A stretch of DNA of 62,867 nt, from positions 1-62,867 of the forward strand of contig JBKHIN010000001.1 in the NCBI GenBank assembly GCA_046538635.1. The letters run 5' to 3'. Each line of letters starts with the position of its first letter. Position 1 is the stretch's first letter. Positions 49,645-60,777 of this stretch are shown piece after piece. Origin of the DNA: Alphaproteobacteria bacterium (GTDB lineage Bacteria; Pseudomonadota; Alphaproteobacteria; JAJFIK01). The notes below the pieces were generated by a model. The model was not told the DNA's origin and made no database searches. It saw only the letters and a program-made list of their open reading frames with translations. A program made the translations under genes and the position numbers.

Positions 49645-50739
49645 TCAGCCCAGGCGCACGCCCGGTCGGGGCGCTGACTTGACGCCGTCCGGGCTCACGA
49701 AACCGACAATATGCTTGACCTCGTTCATGACCGGCGCCGCAATGGCGCGCGCACGTTCGGCTCCGTCACCGAGGACCCGGTCGATCTCCGAGGGATCGGC
49801 CATCAGGCGGCGCACGCCATCGGCCACGGGACCGAGTTCGGTGACGGCAAGTTCCGTCAGATCCTCCTTGAATTTGGAAAAGGGCGCGCCCTCGAAGCGG
49901 TCGAGCACGGCGATCACTTCCTCGCCTGCCAGCGCCGCATAGATGTTCACCAGATTGCGCGCCTCGGGCCGGTCTTCCAGTTCCTTCGCATGACCGGGCA
50001 GCGGCTCCGGGTCGGTGCGGGCCTTGCGGATCTTGAGTGCGATGGTGTCGGCGTCATCCGTCAGATTGATGCGCGAATAGTCGGACTCGTCCGACTTGGA
50101 CATCTTCTTCGTCCCGTCGCGCAGGCTCATCACCCGCATGGCCGGACCTTCGATCACCGGTTCGGGCAGCGGGAAAAATCCGGGGACGTTGTAATCATTG
50201 TTGAATTTGAGCGCGATGTCCCGCGACAGTTCCACATGCTGCTTCTGGTCCTCGCCCACGGGCACATGGGTCGCCTTGTAGGCCAGAATGTCGGCAGCCA
50301 TGAGGGCGGGATAGGCGAACAGGCCCAGCGAGACGCGCTCCTTGTGCTTGCCGGACTTTTCCTTGAACTGGGTCATGCGCTGCATCCAGCCCATGCGCGC
50401 CACGCAGTTGAACACCCAGGCCAGCTCCGCATGTTCGGGAACCTGAGACTGGTTGAACAGGATGCTGCGCTGCGGGTCGAGCCCGCAGGCGAGATAGGCC
50501 GCCGTCAGCTCGCGGATGTTCCGGGTCAGGGCTTCCGGCTCCTGCCAGATCGTGATGGCGTGCATGTCCACGACGCAATAGATGCATTCGCGCCGTTCCT
50601 TCAGTTCGACAAAGCGTTTGATGGCGCCCAGGTAATTGCCGAGATGGAGGTTGCCCGATGGCTGGATACCCGAAAAGACACGCTCGGGTCCGCGATAGGC
50701 GACTGTGTCCTGCGCCGGATTGTCTTGCGTTTCTGACAT
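49645..50739 (-). CDS. trpS: Tryptophan--tRNA ligase
   Basis: 364 aa from the ATG at 50739. HIGH-type motif GNLHLGNY and the KMSKS motif are present. Confidence 0.95.
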   Translation of the reverse strand: MSETQDNPAQDTVAYRGPERVFSGIQPSGNLHLGNYLGAIKRFVELKERRECIYCVVDMHAITIWQEPEALTRNIRELTAAYLACGLDPQRSILFNQSQVPEHAELAWVFNCVARMGWMQRMTQFKEKSGKHKERVSLGLFAYPALMAADILAYKATHVPVGEDQKQHVELSRDIALKFNNDYNVPGFFPLPEPVIEGPAMRVMSLRDGTKKMSKSDESDYSRINLTDDADTIALKIRKARTDPEPLPGHAKELEDRPEARNLVNIYAALAGEEVIAVLDRFEGAPFSKFKEDLTELAVTELGPVADGVRRLMADPSEIDRVLGDGAERARAIAAPVMNEVKHIVGFVSPDGVKSAPRPGVRLG

Positions 50740-50801
50740 CGTGTGTTCCGATCTTCGGATTAAGCCTGTGAAAAAGCCCAGCCGCGCGCCGCCGTCAAGC
50801 C

Positions 50802-52424
50802 CTACGGCCGCCGCAGGGCCGCGCGCAGGTCCTGAATCCGGCCGCCGCCGGTCACCTGAATGCACAGGCCGAAGACCGCCATGCCGCCCAGAACCAGCAC
50901 CGCAAGCGCCGTGACCTGCATCGCCAGCCCGTCATCGAACCAGGGCATGAGAAGGCGGTGCAGGCCTGCGAGCGCCACGCCCATCAGGAGGCTGGCGAGA
51001 CCAATACGTGGCAGCCGGCGGCGCAGGCGGGCGTCGGTCTTCATGTATCCCCGGCGCCACAGCGTCATGCCCAGCAGCAGGGCATTCGCCCAGGCCCCGA
51101 CAGAGGTGGCAATGGCAATGCCCACAAAGCCGATCCGGAAGAAGAGGAAGAGGCTCAGCCCCACATTCACGATGGTCTGCGCACCGGCGTAATACATGGG
51201 CGTGCGCGTATCTTCGCGCGCGAAAAAGCCCGGCTGCAGCACCTTGATGAGCACGAAGGCGGGCAGGCCCCAGGCGAAGGCGGCGAGGGCGCGGGCAGTA
51301 TTCACACTGTCCTCCGCCGTGAACCGGCTGGTGGCGAAGACCTCGCCCGCAATGCCCTCGATCAGGACCCGGATGATGGGCAGGCCCACCACGGCGAGCG
51401 CCACGGCGGCGGGCAAGGTGAGCAGCATGGACAGTTCAAATGCCCGGTTCTGGGCCCAGAGCGCGCCTTCCTCATTGCCGCCGCGCAGGCGGCGCGAGAG
51501 ATCCGGCAGCAGCACCACACCCATGGCCACGCCCACAAGGCCGAGGGGAAGCTGATAGAGCCGGTCGGCGTAATAGAGGATGGCGATGGCCCCGTCCTCC
51601 AGCGAAGCGATGATCTGGCCGATCACCAGATTGATCTGGGTGATGCCGCCCGCGAGAATGCCGGGAATGCCCAGCGCGACCAGCCGCTTCACGCCCGGCG
51701 TCAGGCGCGGCACGCGCAGGCGAGGCAGCAGACCGACACGGGCGCAGGCCCACACCAGCACCAGGAACTGCGCGATGCCGGCGAACGCCACGCCCCACAC
51801 CAGCGCGTGGCCGGGCGTGGGAGTGTGGGGGGCCACGAAAAGCATGGCCGAGATGAGGATGATATTGAGCAGCACGGGCGCCGCGGCGGCGAGCGCGAAG
51901 CGGCCCGTGGAATTAAGGATGCCGGAGAGCAGCGCCACCAGGGATACGAACAGAAGATAAGGAAAGGCGATGCGCGTGAAATGCACCGCGAGGCCGAATT
52001 TTTCCGGCCATGTGCCCTGGGCGAGCCGCTCCGCCGCACCGATGAGACTGACCTCCTCGCCCGGCTCGAACAGAAAGCCCGGCGCCATCAGAACCATGAG
52101 GGCAGGCATGAAAACGAGCGCGAGGGCGGTCAGCGTCAGCAGCACGGTGACAAGGCCCGACATGGCCTCATCCGCGAAGGCGCGCGCGGCCTCTCCTCCT
52201 TCCGCCTCCATGCGCTTGGCGAACAGCGGCACGAAGGCGGCGTTGAACGCCCCTTCGGCGAAAAAGCGGCGGAACAGGTTGGGAAAGCGGAAGGCGACGG
52301 CAAAGGCGTCTGCCACCGGCCCGGTGCCGAGCAGGCCCGCCATCAGGACATCGCGCACGAAGCCCAGCACGCGGCTGATGAGCGTCATGCCGCCGACGGT
52401 AGCCGTGGCCTTGACCAGATTCAT
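50802..52424 (-). CDS. murJ: Lipid II flippase MurJ (MviN)
   Basis: 540 aa, about 14 TM helices. N-terminus [36 protein letters not shown]. Confidence 0.94.
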   Translation of the reverse strand: MNLVKATATVGGMTLISRVLGFVRDVLMAGLLGTGPVADAFAVAFRFPNLFRRFFAEGAFNAAFVPLFAKRMEAEGGEAARAFADEAMSGLVTVLLTLTALALVFMPALMVLMAPGFLFEPGEEVSLIGAAERLAQGTWPEKFGLAVHFTRIAFPYLLFVSLVALLSGILNSTGRFALAAAAPVLLNIILISAMLFVAPHTPTPGHALVWGVAFAGIAQFLVLVWACARVGLLPRLRVPRLTPGVKRLVALGIPGILAGGITQINLVIGQIIASLEDGAIAILYYADRLYQLPLGLVGVAMGVVLLPDLSRRLRGGNEEGALWAQNRAFELSMLLTLPAAVALAVVGLPIIRVLIEGIAGEVFATSRFTAEDSVNTARALAAFAWGLPAFVLIKVLQPGFFAREDTRTPMYYAGAQTIVNVGLSLFLFFRIGFVGIAIATSVGAWANALLLGMTLWRRGYMKTDARLRRRLPRIGLASLLMGVALAGLHRLLMPWFDDGLAMQVTALAVLVLGGMAVFGLCIQVTGGGRIQDLRAALRRP

Positions 52425-52549
52425 GTCCTTCCCCGCTCCCCGCAGATGCGCGCCCTCACGCCCCCGCTTTTATGACGAGAACCGGACATAGCAAATCCCG
52501 GGCCTTCAGGGCAGGGGGAACAGCGACAGCCGCCTGAATGCCCTCATGA

Positions 52550-52690
52550 TCAAAGCACTTGCCAAAGGACAACTGCCCACTGCTGCCTACGCTCCACCGA
52601 AGTATTATGCTTTGCTGTGGTGGCTTCTTTGGTTTCACGGCGCTTTTCCCGCAGCACTTGCTCACCCGCAGCCTTCTTCTCACGGCGCAT
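52550..52690 (-). CDS. Candidate small ORF (46 aa) coupled to the glnD 3-prime end
   Basis: The ATG at 52690 lies 4 nt after the glnD TAA, with GGAGGG 8 nt upstream inside the glnD terminal codons. It encodes MRREKKAAGEQVLREKRRETKEATTAKHNTSVERRQQWAVVLWQVL. Third-position GC is only moderate, so coding evidence is weak. Confidence 0.3.
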   Translation of the reverse strand: MRREKKAAGEQVLREKRRETKEATTAKHNTSVERRQQWAVVLWQVL

Positions 52691-52694
52691 AAAC

Positions 52695-55418
52695 TTAGCC
52701 CTCCAGCACCTCCTCCAGCCGCTGTTCGATCTCCGCGATGCGCGCCTCCCCGGTGACTTTCAGCCCCGCCGGGCCCTTGACGTAGAACACGTCCACCGCG
52801 CGCTCGCCATAGGTGGCCACATGGGCCGAGCCGATGGAGAGTTTCAGATCGCGCAGGGCGGCGCTGAGATCGTGCAGCAGCCCCGGCCGGTCGCGGCCCG
52901 CCACCTCGATCACGGTAAAGACGGCCGAGGCTTCGTTGTCCACGCTCACCTCGGGCGGCACGGTGAAGGCCTTCAGCCTCCGGCCCATCATGGGCGGAGG
53001 ACGGGCCGGCGTGAACGCCTTGCCTTCGCGCACGGCTGCCAGCAGGCGCGCTTTCAGCCGCGCGCCATCGACGGCGGCATCAAGGCCGGACACCCAGAAC
53101 ACGTCAAGCACGAGCCCGTCGGGGGCGGTGAACACCTTGGCGTCCATGATGGCCGCGCCCGTCCCCGCCAGCGCGCCGGTAAGATCAGCGAACAGGCCGC
53201 GCCGGTCGCGGGTCACCACGGTGACCTGCATCAGAGGGCGGTCTTCCGGCTGCCGGACCTCGGTGAGCACCGGCAAGCCGCCCGAAACGATTTCCGCATC
53301 GGCGGCGCGCACCAGCGCGGCGTTTCGCACCAGCGTGTCCTCATCCAGAGAGAACCAGTAGGCGTCGCCGAAACGCTGCATGACCGGGTCGCGCTCGGCC
53401 GCCGCCCAGCCGCCGAGTCGTGCGGCGACGCGGTCCTTGACCTTGGCAACCCGCGCGGCGCGGGCGGGGGCAGCATGCTCGCCCCCGAGCAGCGGCAGGG
53501 TCTCCTCATAGAGGTTCTGCAGCAACTGCCGCTTCCAGTCCGTCCAGATTCCGGGGCCGACGGCGTGCATGTCGGTCACGGTCAGCAACAACAGCAGGCG
53601 CAGGCGCGCGGGCGTCTGCACGATTTCGGCGAACTGCCGGGAAGTGCGTTCGTCGTAGATATCGCGGCGCTGGGCCGTGTCGCTCATGATCATGTGATGG
53701 CGGATCAACCAGGCGGCGAGACCGGTTTCCGCGGCCGTGAGGCCTAGCCGGGGACCGAGTTCGCGCATGATCTGCTCGCCGACGATCCAGTGGTCGCCCG
53801 GGCGGCCCTTGGCGGCGTCGTGGAACAGCGCCGCGAGATAGAGCGGCTTGCGCGCGCGCAAGCCCCGCGCAATGGTATCGGCAACGGGAAAGCTTGTCCG
53901 CAAGGCCCCCTTCTCGAAACGGGAAAGATGGCCCACGGCACGGATCAAATGCTCGTCCACCGTATAGTGATGATACATGTTGAACTGCATGCGGCCGACG
54001 ACACCTGCGAATTCCGGTATGAACAGCCCCAGCGCGCCCATTTCGTTAAGCCGCCTCAGACTGCGCTCCGGGTCGTTCCGTGAGGTGAGGACCTCCAGAA
54101 ACAGGCGGTTGGCTTCCGGATCGTTCCGTACGTCATCACCGATGCGGGCCGAGGCCTCGATGGCCAGCCGGTAGGCGTTGGGATTGATGTACAGCCCTTC
54201 CCGATCGGCCAGCCATACGAGGCGCAGGACATTCACCGGATCGTCGCTCAGTACACGGTCATGTTCGATGGACAGGCGCCCGTGATGGACGACGAAGCCG
54301 GGCGTGCTGCCGAACGTCGCCTCGCTGGGGCCGAAGACACGCCAGCGCCCCGGCACGCTCTTGCGCCGTTCAAGCTCCAGCGCCGCAGCGATGATGCGCG
54401 TGAGCACGCCCACATCGCGCGCCACCAGAAAATAATTCTTCATGAAGGCTTCAACGCCCTTGACCGCGCCCCGGTCGGCATAACCCAGACGCCGCGCGAT
54501 CTCGGGCTGAAGGTCGAAAGTCAGCCGGTCCTCCGCACGGCCGGTATAGGCGTGCAGATGGCAGCGCACGTCCCACAGGAACGCCTCCGCCCGCTGAAAG
54601 GTGCGGAACTCCTGCGGGCTCAGGACGTCCAGATCGACGAGCGCCGAGGCATTCTCGGCGCGGTACACATATTTGGCGATCCAGTAGAGCGTATGCAGGT
54701 CGCGAAAGCCGCCCTTGCCGTCCTTCACATTGGGCTCGACCAGATAGCGCGACTGGCCCGTGCGCACATGGCGCAGATCGCGCTCGTCCAGCTTGGCGGC
54801 CACGAACTCCGCCCCCGTGCCCTCGGCCACCTCTTCCCAGTAACGCGATGACAGTTCCGTATAAAGAGTGAGTTCGCCGGCAATGCAGCGCATTTCGAGC
54901 AAGGTGGTCCGGATGGTCATGTCGGCGCGGGCGAGTTCGATCCCCTCATCCACGGTGCGCGTGGCGTGGCCGACCTTCAGCCCCATGTCCCAGAGCAGAT
55001 AGAGCACGGCTTCCACGGCCCGCAGCACCGCGCCGGGCGCTTTCGGCGGCACCAGAAACAGAAGGTCGATGTCGGAATGATGGGCCAGCGTGCCGCGCCC
55101 GTAACCGCCCACCGCCGCCAGCGCCAGTTTTCCTCGTGCCCTGGGGTGCAGGCAATCGATCACGAAATCGAAGGCCGCCCCGATGACCGCGTCGCGCAGC
55201 GCGCAGATGGACTGCGCGACCCCCAGCCCCGGCGCGCCGTCGGCAAGGCGGGCGGCGGCTTCATCGAGACCGTCGCGGTCCGCCTGTTTCAGGAGGTCGA
55301 GCGCGGCGGCCTGACGTCCCGCCGCGTCCAGCGCCGGCTCGCGCGCCACGGCCGCCAGCCGGTCCTGCAGGATGGCCGGATCGATGAGCACGCCGCCGGT
55401 GCCGATGTCCTGTTTCAT
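52695..55418 (-). CDS. glnD: Bifunctional [protein-PII] uridylyltransferase/uridylyl-removing enzyme
   Basis: 907 aa with a nucleotidyltransferase domain (GGYGRGTLAHHSDIDLL), an HD domain (ALFHDAAKG) and two C-terminal ACT domains. Confidence 0.96.
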   Translation of the reverse strand: MKQDIGTGGVLIDPAILQDRLAAVAREPALDAAGRQAAALDLLKQADRDGLDEAAARLADGAPGLGVAQSICALRDAVIGAAFDFVIDCLHPRARGKLALAAVGGYGRGTLAHHSDIDLLFLVPPKAPGAVLRAVEAVLYLLWDMGLKVGHATRTVDEGIELARADMTIRTTLLEMRCIAGELTLYTELSSRYWEEVAEGTGAEFVAAKLDERDLRHVRTGQSRYLVEPNVKDGKGGFRDLHTLYWIAKYVYRAENASALVDLDVLSPQEFRTFQRAEAFLWDVRCHLHAYTGRAEDRLTFDLQPEIARRLGYADRGAVKGVEAFMKNYFLVARDVGVLTRIIAAALELERRKSVPGRWRVFGPSEATFGSTPGFVVHHGRLSIEHDRVLSDDPVNVLRLVWLADREGLYINPNAYRLAIEASARIGDDVRNDPEANRLFLEVLTSRNDPERSLRRLNEMGALGLFIPEFAGVVGRMQFNMYHHYTVDEHLIRAVGHLSRFEKGALRTSFPVADTIARGLRARKPLYLAALFHDAAKGRPGDHWIVGEQIMRELGPRLGLTAAETGLAAWLIRHHMIMSDTAQRRDIYDERTSRQFAEIVQTPARLRLLLLLTVTDMHAVGPGIWTDWKRQLLQNLYEETLPLLGGEHAAPARAARVAKVKDRVAARLGGWAAAERDPVMQRFGDAYWFSLDEDTLVRNAALVRAADAEIVSGGLPVLTEVRQPEDRPLMQVTVVTRDRRGLFADLTGALAGTGAAIMDAKVFTAPDGLVLDVFWVSGLDAAVDGARLKARLLAAVREGKAFTPARPPPMMGRRLKAFTVPPEVSVDNEASAVFTVIEVAGRDRPGLLHDLSAALRDLKLSIGSAHVATYGERAVDVFYVKGPAGLKVTGEARIAEIEQRLEEVLEG

Positions 55419-55447
55419 GGCTTCCGCCTTGCCCCGCTGCCGGGCGG

Positions 55448-58183
55448 TTATCCGTCATCGCCCAGCAGCGCTTTCAGCCGGTAGACGAGATCGAGGGCTT
55501 CACGCGGGCTCAGACTGTCGGGATGGACCTCCTGCAACGCCTGCTCCACTGCACTCTCCGTAGAGGCGGACGCCGGCGCATCGGCGGCCGCGAACAGCGG
55601 CAGATCGTCGATGGCGATTTCCATGCGCGTCTTGCCGTGACCCTGTTCGAGCTGCTCGAGCACATCATGGGCGCGCGTCACCACAGCCTTGGGCAGGCCC
55701 GCCAGCCGGGCCACCTGAATGCCGTAGGAACGGTCGGCCGCACCGGGCTTCACCTCGTGCAGAAAGATCACCTCGCCCTTCCATTCCTTCACGGACATGG
55801 TGACCGGCGCAAGGTTGGGCAATGTTCGCGCCAGCGCCGTCAATTCATGATAGTGGGTCGCGAACAGGCCCCGGCAGCGGTTCACCTCGTGCAGATGCTC
55901 CAGCGTGCCCCAGGCGATGGAAAGCCCGTCGAAGGTGGCCGTACCCCGGCCGATTTCGTCCAGAATGACGAAGGCGCGCGGCCCCGCCTGATTCAGAATG
56001 GCCGCCGTCTCCACCATCTCCACCATGAAGGTGGAGCGCCCGCGCGCCAGATCGTCCGCCGCGCCCACGCGGCTGAACAGCCGGTCGACAATGCCGAGGC
56101 GCGCCTCGCGCGCCGGGACGAAGGACCCCATCTGCGCCAGCACGGCAATCAACGCGTTCTGGCGCAGAAAGGTCGACTTGCCCGCCATGTTGGGCCCGGT
56201 GACCAGCCACAGCCGCGCCGTCTCGCTGCCGGGCCCGGGTTGCGCGTCGAGCGCGCAGTCATTGGCGACGAAATTCTCCCCGCGCCCTTTCAGGGCCTGA
56301 TCGACCACCGCGTGCCGTCCGCCGCGCACGACGAACTCGGTGCCGTCATCAACCACCGGGCGGGTATAGGATTCCCGCTCCGCCAGTTCCGCCAGCCCCG
56401 CATGCACATCGATGGCGGCGAGCGCTTCCGCCGCGCCCGAAATTTGCTCCGCATGGTCCGTAACGGCTCCGCGCAATTCCTCGAAAAGCTCCATCTCCAG
56501 CGCCTGCGCCCGCGCGCCTGCCTGCGAAATGCGGCGGTCGAGATCGGCCAGTTCGGACGTCGTGAAGCGCATGGCATTGGCGAGCGTCTGACGGTGGATG
56601 AAGGTCGCGTCCAGCGGCGGCTCCATCAGCTTCTTGCCGTTCGCGGCGCTGACCTCCACGAAATAGCCCAGCACATGGTTATGCCGCACCTTCAGGGTAC
56701 GAATTTCAGCGGATTCCTGATATTTCGACTGTAGCCCGGCAATGATGCGGCGGCTGTCGTCGCGCAGGCGGCGCGCCTCGTCCAGCGCTTCGCAGTAACC
56801 CTCCGCGATAAAGCCCCCGTCGCGCGCCATGAGCGGCAGATCGTCCTTCAGCGCAGCGCGCAGCGTGTCCGTGAGTGGTTGCTGCCATCCGCCCAGCACG
56901 TTGAGCCCCTGCGCCAGTTCCTCCGGCAGCGGGGAGAGCGCCCCCCCGTCCCTGTACAGCAGGTCACGCAGTTCGGCGGATGCATCCAGCCCGTCGCGAA
57001 TGGCCGCCAGATCGCGCGGGCCGCCGCGTCCCAGCGACAGCCGCCCCAGCGCCCGGGCCATGTCCGGCGCCTGCTTCAGGGCTTCGCGGACATCGGAACG
57101 CACGGTTCCGTGTTCCTGCAGCCACTGTACGGCGTCGAGACGGCCGTTGACGGCGGCGGCATCTGTCAGCGGGCTTGCCAGCCGCGCCGCCAGTTCGCGC
57201 GCGCCCGCGCCGGTAACCGTGCGGTCAATGGCATGGAGCAGCGATCCCTGACGGTCGCCGCTCAGAGTGCGGACGAGTTCGAGATTTGCGCGCGTGGCCG
57301 CATCGATGGCCATGGCGGCGCCCGGCGCCTCGCGCGCGGGCGGCTTGAGCGCGGGCAAACGGCCCTTCTGGGTAAGCGAGACATAATCGACTGCCGCGCC
57401 CGCCGCCGCCAGTTCCGCCCGGCCGAACTCGCCGAACGCGTCGAGCGCCTCGACACCGTAAATTTCCTTCAGCCGCCGGGCGCCCGCTTCGCTGGCGAAC
57501 TTGACGGCGGGCTGCACGGTGAGGGCGGGACCGAGATCCCGCCAGAGCGGCTCCAGATCCGGGTGTTCCAGCAGCCGGTCGGGCGCCAGCACCTCGGCGG
57601 GCCCAAGCCGCGCAATGCCGGCCGCAAGCCCCTGCGCGTCCGTCCCGGTGACCCGAAACTCACCTGTTGACATGTCGAGCCATGCCAGTCCGAAAACGCC
57701 GCGGGCTTGCGCCACGGCCGCCAGATAGGAATGGGCCCGTGCGTCAAGCAGCGTGTCTTCCGTAAGCGTCCCGGCGGTAACAAGGCGCACGACCTCGCGT
57801 TTCACCACCGCCTTGGAGCCGCGCTTCTTCGCCGCCGCCGGGTCCTCCGTCTGCTCGCATACGGCGACCTTGAAGCCCTTGCGGATCAACTGCTCAAGAT
57901 AGGACTCCGCCGAATGGACGGGCACGCCCGCCATGGGAATGTCCTCGCCCCGGTGCTTGCCGCGTTTGGTGAGGGTGATCGAAAGCGCTTCGGCCGCCTT
58001 CTCCGCATCGTCGAAGAAGAGTTCGTAAAAGTCGCCCATGCGGTAGAACAGCAGATAGCCCGGATGGTCCGCCTTGATCTCCAGATATTGCGCCATCATG
58101 GGCGTGGCGTCCGGCGGCGTGGCGCGCGCGCTACCTGCGGGCCCGCTGAGGGCATCGGACGGTGCGGTCTGTGTTGACGTCAT
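55448..58183 (-). CDS. mutS: DNA mismatch repair protein MutS
   Basis: 911 aa from the ATG at 58183. [11 protein letters not shown], mismatch-binding FYELFF and Walker [10 protein letters not shown]. Confidence 0.96.
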   Translation of the reverse strand: MTSTQTAPSDALSGPAGSARATPPDATPMMAQYLEIKADHPGYLLFYRMGDFYELFFDDAEKAAEALSITLTKRGKHRGEDIPMAGVPVHSAESYLEQLIRKGFKVAVCEQTEDPAAAKKRGSKAVVKREVVRLVTAGTLTEDTLLDARAHSYLAAVAQARGVFGLAWLDMSTGEFRVTGTDAQGLAAGIARLGPAEVLAPDRLLEHPDLEPLWRDLGPALTVQPAVKFASEAGARRLKEIYGVEALDAFGEFGRAELAAAGAAVDYVSLTQKGRLPALKPPAREAPGAAMAIDAATRANLELVRTLSGDRQGSLLHAIDRTVTGAGARELAARLASPLTDAAAVNGRLDAVQWLQEHGTVRSDVREALKQAPDMARALGRLSLGRGGPRDLAAIRDGLDASAELRDLLYRDGGALSPLPEELAQGLNVLGGWQQPLTDTLRAALKDDLPLMARDGGFIAEGYCEALDEARRLRDDSRRIIAGLQSKYQESAEIRTLKVRHNHVLGYFVEVSAANGKKLMEPPLDATFIHRQTLANAMRFTTSELADLDRRISQAGARAQALEMELFEELRGAVTDHAEQISGAAEALAAIDVHAGLAELAERESYTRPVVDDGTEFVVRGGRHAVVDQALKGRGENFVANDCALDAQPGPGSETARLWLVTGPNMAGKSTFLRQNALIAVLAQMGSFVPAREARLGIVDRLFSRVGAADDLARGRSTFMVEMVETAAILNQAGPRAFVILDEIGRGTATFDGLSIAWGTLEHLHEVNRCRGLFATHYHELTALARTLPNLAPVTMSVKEWKGEVIFLHEVKPGAADRSYGIQVARLAGLPKAVVTRAHDVLEQLEQGHGKTRMEIAIDDLPLFAAADAPASASTESAVEQALQEVHPDSLSPREALDLVYRLKALLGDDG

Positions 58184-58377
58184 GGGAACCGGCGTATTAC
58201 CGAAACGAACTGATTCCAAACGAGCCGTGTGGCGGGCAGGGACGTGCATCACCTTGCGCCCGCCCGCGCAAGATCACACCGGCTATCACCACGGGCACGG
58301 GATCACAACTCTCCGGGCATGCCCGGTCCGGGACCAACCCCCGGGCAGTACGAGCATCTCCCGGCAGCGAGGGCGCC

Positions 58378-60657
58378 ATGACCACACAGGAACGCAAGTC
58401 CTACACCGACGAGGAAGCCCTCGCCTTTCACAGCAACGGCAAGCCGGGGAAGCTGGAGATTACGCCCACCAAACCCATGACCACCCAGCGTGACCTGAGT
58501 CTCGCCTATTCTCCGGGCGTCGCCGCACCCGTCAACATTATCGCAAACGACCCCGACCGCGCTTACGACTATACCTCCAAGGGCAACATGGTGGCCGTGG
58601 TTTCCAACGGCACGGCCATTCTGGGCCTGGGCAATCTGGGCGCGCTGGCCTCCAAGCCGGTCATGGAGGGCAAAGCGGTCCTGTTCAAGCGTTTCGCGGA
58701 CGTGGACGCCATCGATCTGGAGGTGGACACGGAAGACGTGGACGGCTTCGTGGAGACGGTGCGTCATCTGGGACCGTCTTTCGGCGGCATCAATCTGGAG
58801 GACATCAAGGCGCCGGAATGCTTCATCATCGAACAGCGCCTTCGCGAACGGCTCAACATTCCCGTCTTCCATGACGACCAGCATGGCACGGCGATCATCA
58901 CGGTGGCCGGGATCATCAATGCGCTCGATCTCACCGGCCGCTCGCTGCGCAATACGAAAGTGGTCGTCAATGGCGCGGGGGCAGCGGGCATCGCCACGCT
59001 CGAACTGCTCAAGGCCATGGGCATGCCCCCCGGCAACGCCATTCTGTGTGATTCCAAGGGCGTGATCTTTCAGGGCCGCACCGACAACATGAACCAGTGG
59101 AAGTCGGCCCACGCGGCGCCCACGGAATGCCGCTCGCTGGAGGACGCGCTCAGGGACGCCGACATCTTCATCGGCCTCTCCGTGAAAGGCGCGGTGACGA
59201 CGGAGATGGTCCGCTCCATGGCCGACCGGCCGATCATCTTCGCGATGGCGAACCCGGACCCGGAAATCATGCCGGAGGAGGTGACCGAGGTGCGCCCCGA
59301 CGCCATCGTCGCCACGGGGCGCTCGGACTATCCCAACCAGGTCAACAACGTTCTGGGCTTCCCCTACATTTTCCGGGGCGCGCTGGACGTGCGGGCCACC
59401 ACCATCAACGACGAAATGAAGATCGCGGCGGCCTATGCGCTGGCCGAACTGGCGCGCGAGGATGTACCCGACGAAGTGGCGGTCGCCTATCAGGGCACAC
59501 GGCCGTCCTACGGGCCGGGATATATCATTCCCGTGCCGTTCGACCCCCGGCTGATTTCCCATGTCCCGCCCGCCGTCGCCAAGGCCGCCATCGGCTCCGG
59601 CGTTGCGCGCAAGCCCATCGTGGACATGAAGCGCTATCAGGACGAGTTGAAGGCGCGCCTGGATCCGTCGGCCAGCCTGCTGCAACTGGTGATCGACCGG
59701 GTGCGGGCGGAACCCCGCCGGGTCGTGTTCGCCGAGGGCGAGGAGGAGGCCGTGATCCGCGCCGCCATCGCCTATCAGAATGTGGGCCTGGGGCAGGCCA
59801 TTCTGGTGGGGCGCGAGAACCTGATCCGCGAAACCATGAAGCGCATCGGCGCCGACCCGGATCCGGGCCTCGAGATCCACAACGCGCGGCTGTCCAGGCA
59901 CAACCAGCAGTACACGGACATGGTCTATAAGCGGCTTCAGCGGCGGGGCTTCCTGCTCCGCGACGCCCAGCGGCTGGTCAATCAGGACCGCAATATCTTT
60001 GCCGCCAGCATGGTAGTCGCCGGACATGCCGACGCCATGGTCACCGGGGTCACGCGCAACTACTCCATTGCGCTGCGCGATATCAGCCGCGTGATCGACC
60101 CGCGCCCGGGCCAGCGCGTGATCGGCGTTTCCGTCATCCTCTCGCGCGGGCGGACGGTGTTCGTCGCCGACACCACAGTGACGGAAATGCCGACGGCAAG
60201 CGAACTCGCCGACATCGCCGAGGAAACCGCCTGTGTGGCGAGGCGGTTCGGCTACGAGCCGCGTGTGGCGCTGCTTTCCTACTCCACCTTCGGCCACCCG
60301 CAGGGGGAACGCGCCGAGAAGGTGCGCGAGGCGGTGCGCATTCTCGACGAGCGCAAGGTGGATTTCGAGTATGACGGCGAAATGGCCGTAGACGTGGCCC
60401 TCAATCCGGACGCCAAGCGTACCTACCCCTTCATGCGCCTGACCGGGCCCGCCAACGTGCTGGTGATGCCGGCCATTCACTCGGCGTCCATCGGCACCAA
60501 GCTGCTTCAGATGATGGGCGGCTGCACGGTGCTGGGCCCGCTGCTGGTGGGTACGAAGCAGTCCGTGCAGATTTCCTCGCTGAACGCCCCGGTGTCGGAA
60601 CTGGTGAACATCGCCGCGCTGGCCGCCTTCGACATCAGCGAAGACGGGCCGTGCTGA
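58378..60657 (+). CDS. maeB: NADP-dependent malic enzyme (malic enzyme plus PTA-like domain)
   Basis: 759 aa from the ATG at 58378. SLAYSPGVA, FHDDQHGTAI and GAGAAG motifs, plus a C-terminal phosphate-acetyltransferase-like domain. Confidence 0.95.
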   Translation: MTTQERKSYTDEEALAFHSNGKPGKLEITPTKPMTTQRDLSLAYSPGVAAPVNIIANDPDRAYDYTSKGNMVAVVSNGTAILGLGNLGALASKPVMEGKAVLFKRFADVDAIDLEVDTEDVDGFVETVRHLGPSFGGINLEDIKAPECFIIEQRLRERLNIPVFHDDQHGTAIITVAGIINALDLTGRSLRNTKVVVNGAGAAGIATLELLKAMGMPPGNAILCDSKGVIFQGRTDNMNQWKSAHAAPTECRSLEDALRDADIFIGLSVKGAVTTEMVRSMADRPIIFAMANPDPEIMPEEVTEVRPDAIVATGRSDYPNQVNNVLGFPYIFRGALDVRATTINDEMKIAAAYALAELAREDVPDEVAVAYQGTRPSYGPGYIIPVPFDPRLISHVPPAVAKAAIGSGVARKPIVDMKRYQDELKARLDPSASLLQLVIDRVRAEPRRVVFAEGEEEAVIRAAIAYQNVGLGQAILVGRENLIRETMKRIGADPDPGLEIHNARLSRHNQQYTDMVYKRLQRRGFLLRDAQRLVNQDRNIFAASMVVAGHADAMVTGVTRNYSIALRDISRVIDPRPGQRVIGVSVILSRGRTVFVADTTVTEMPTASELADIAEETACVARRFGYEPRVALLSYSTFGHPQGERAEKVREAVRILDERKVDFEYDGEMAVDVALNPDAKRTYPFMRLTGPANVLVMPAIHSASIGTKLLQMMGGCTVLGPLLVGTKQSVQISSLNAPVSELVNIAALAAFDISEDGPC

Positions 60658-60777
60658 GGGATTGCCCGGCGGCCCTCAAAAACCACTTCCGGCAGGCCCT
60701 ATGCATCCGATGCGACGGTGCGGTTGACCCACGCGCCGCCGTGCGGGAAACTCGCGCAAATCACGTATGGGAGGGGA

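Noticed and set aside
52456-52683. 75-aa minus-strand ORF in the glnD-murJ spacer listed in the ORF track
   Set aside because: It has a GTG start without an RBS. Its odd composition (MRRRLRVSKCCGKS...) runs into the murJ upstream region. The alternative 46-codon frame, with an SD and coupling to glnD, is the better though still weak candidate.
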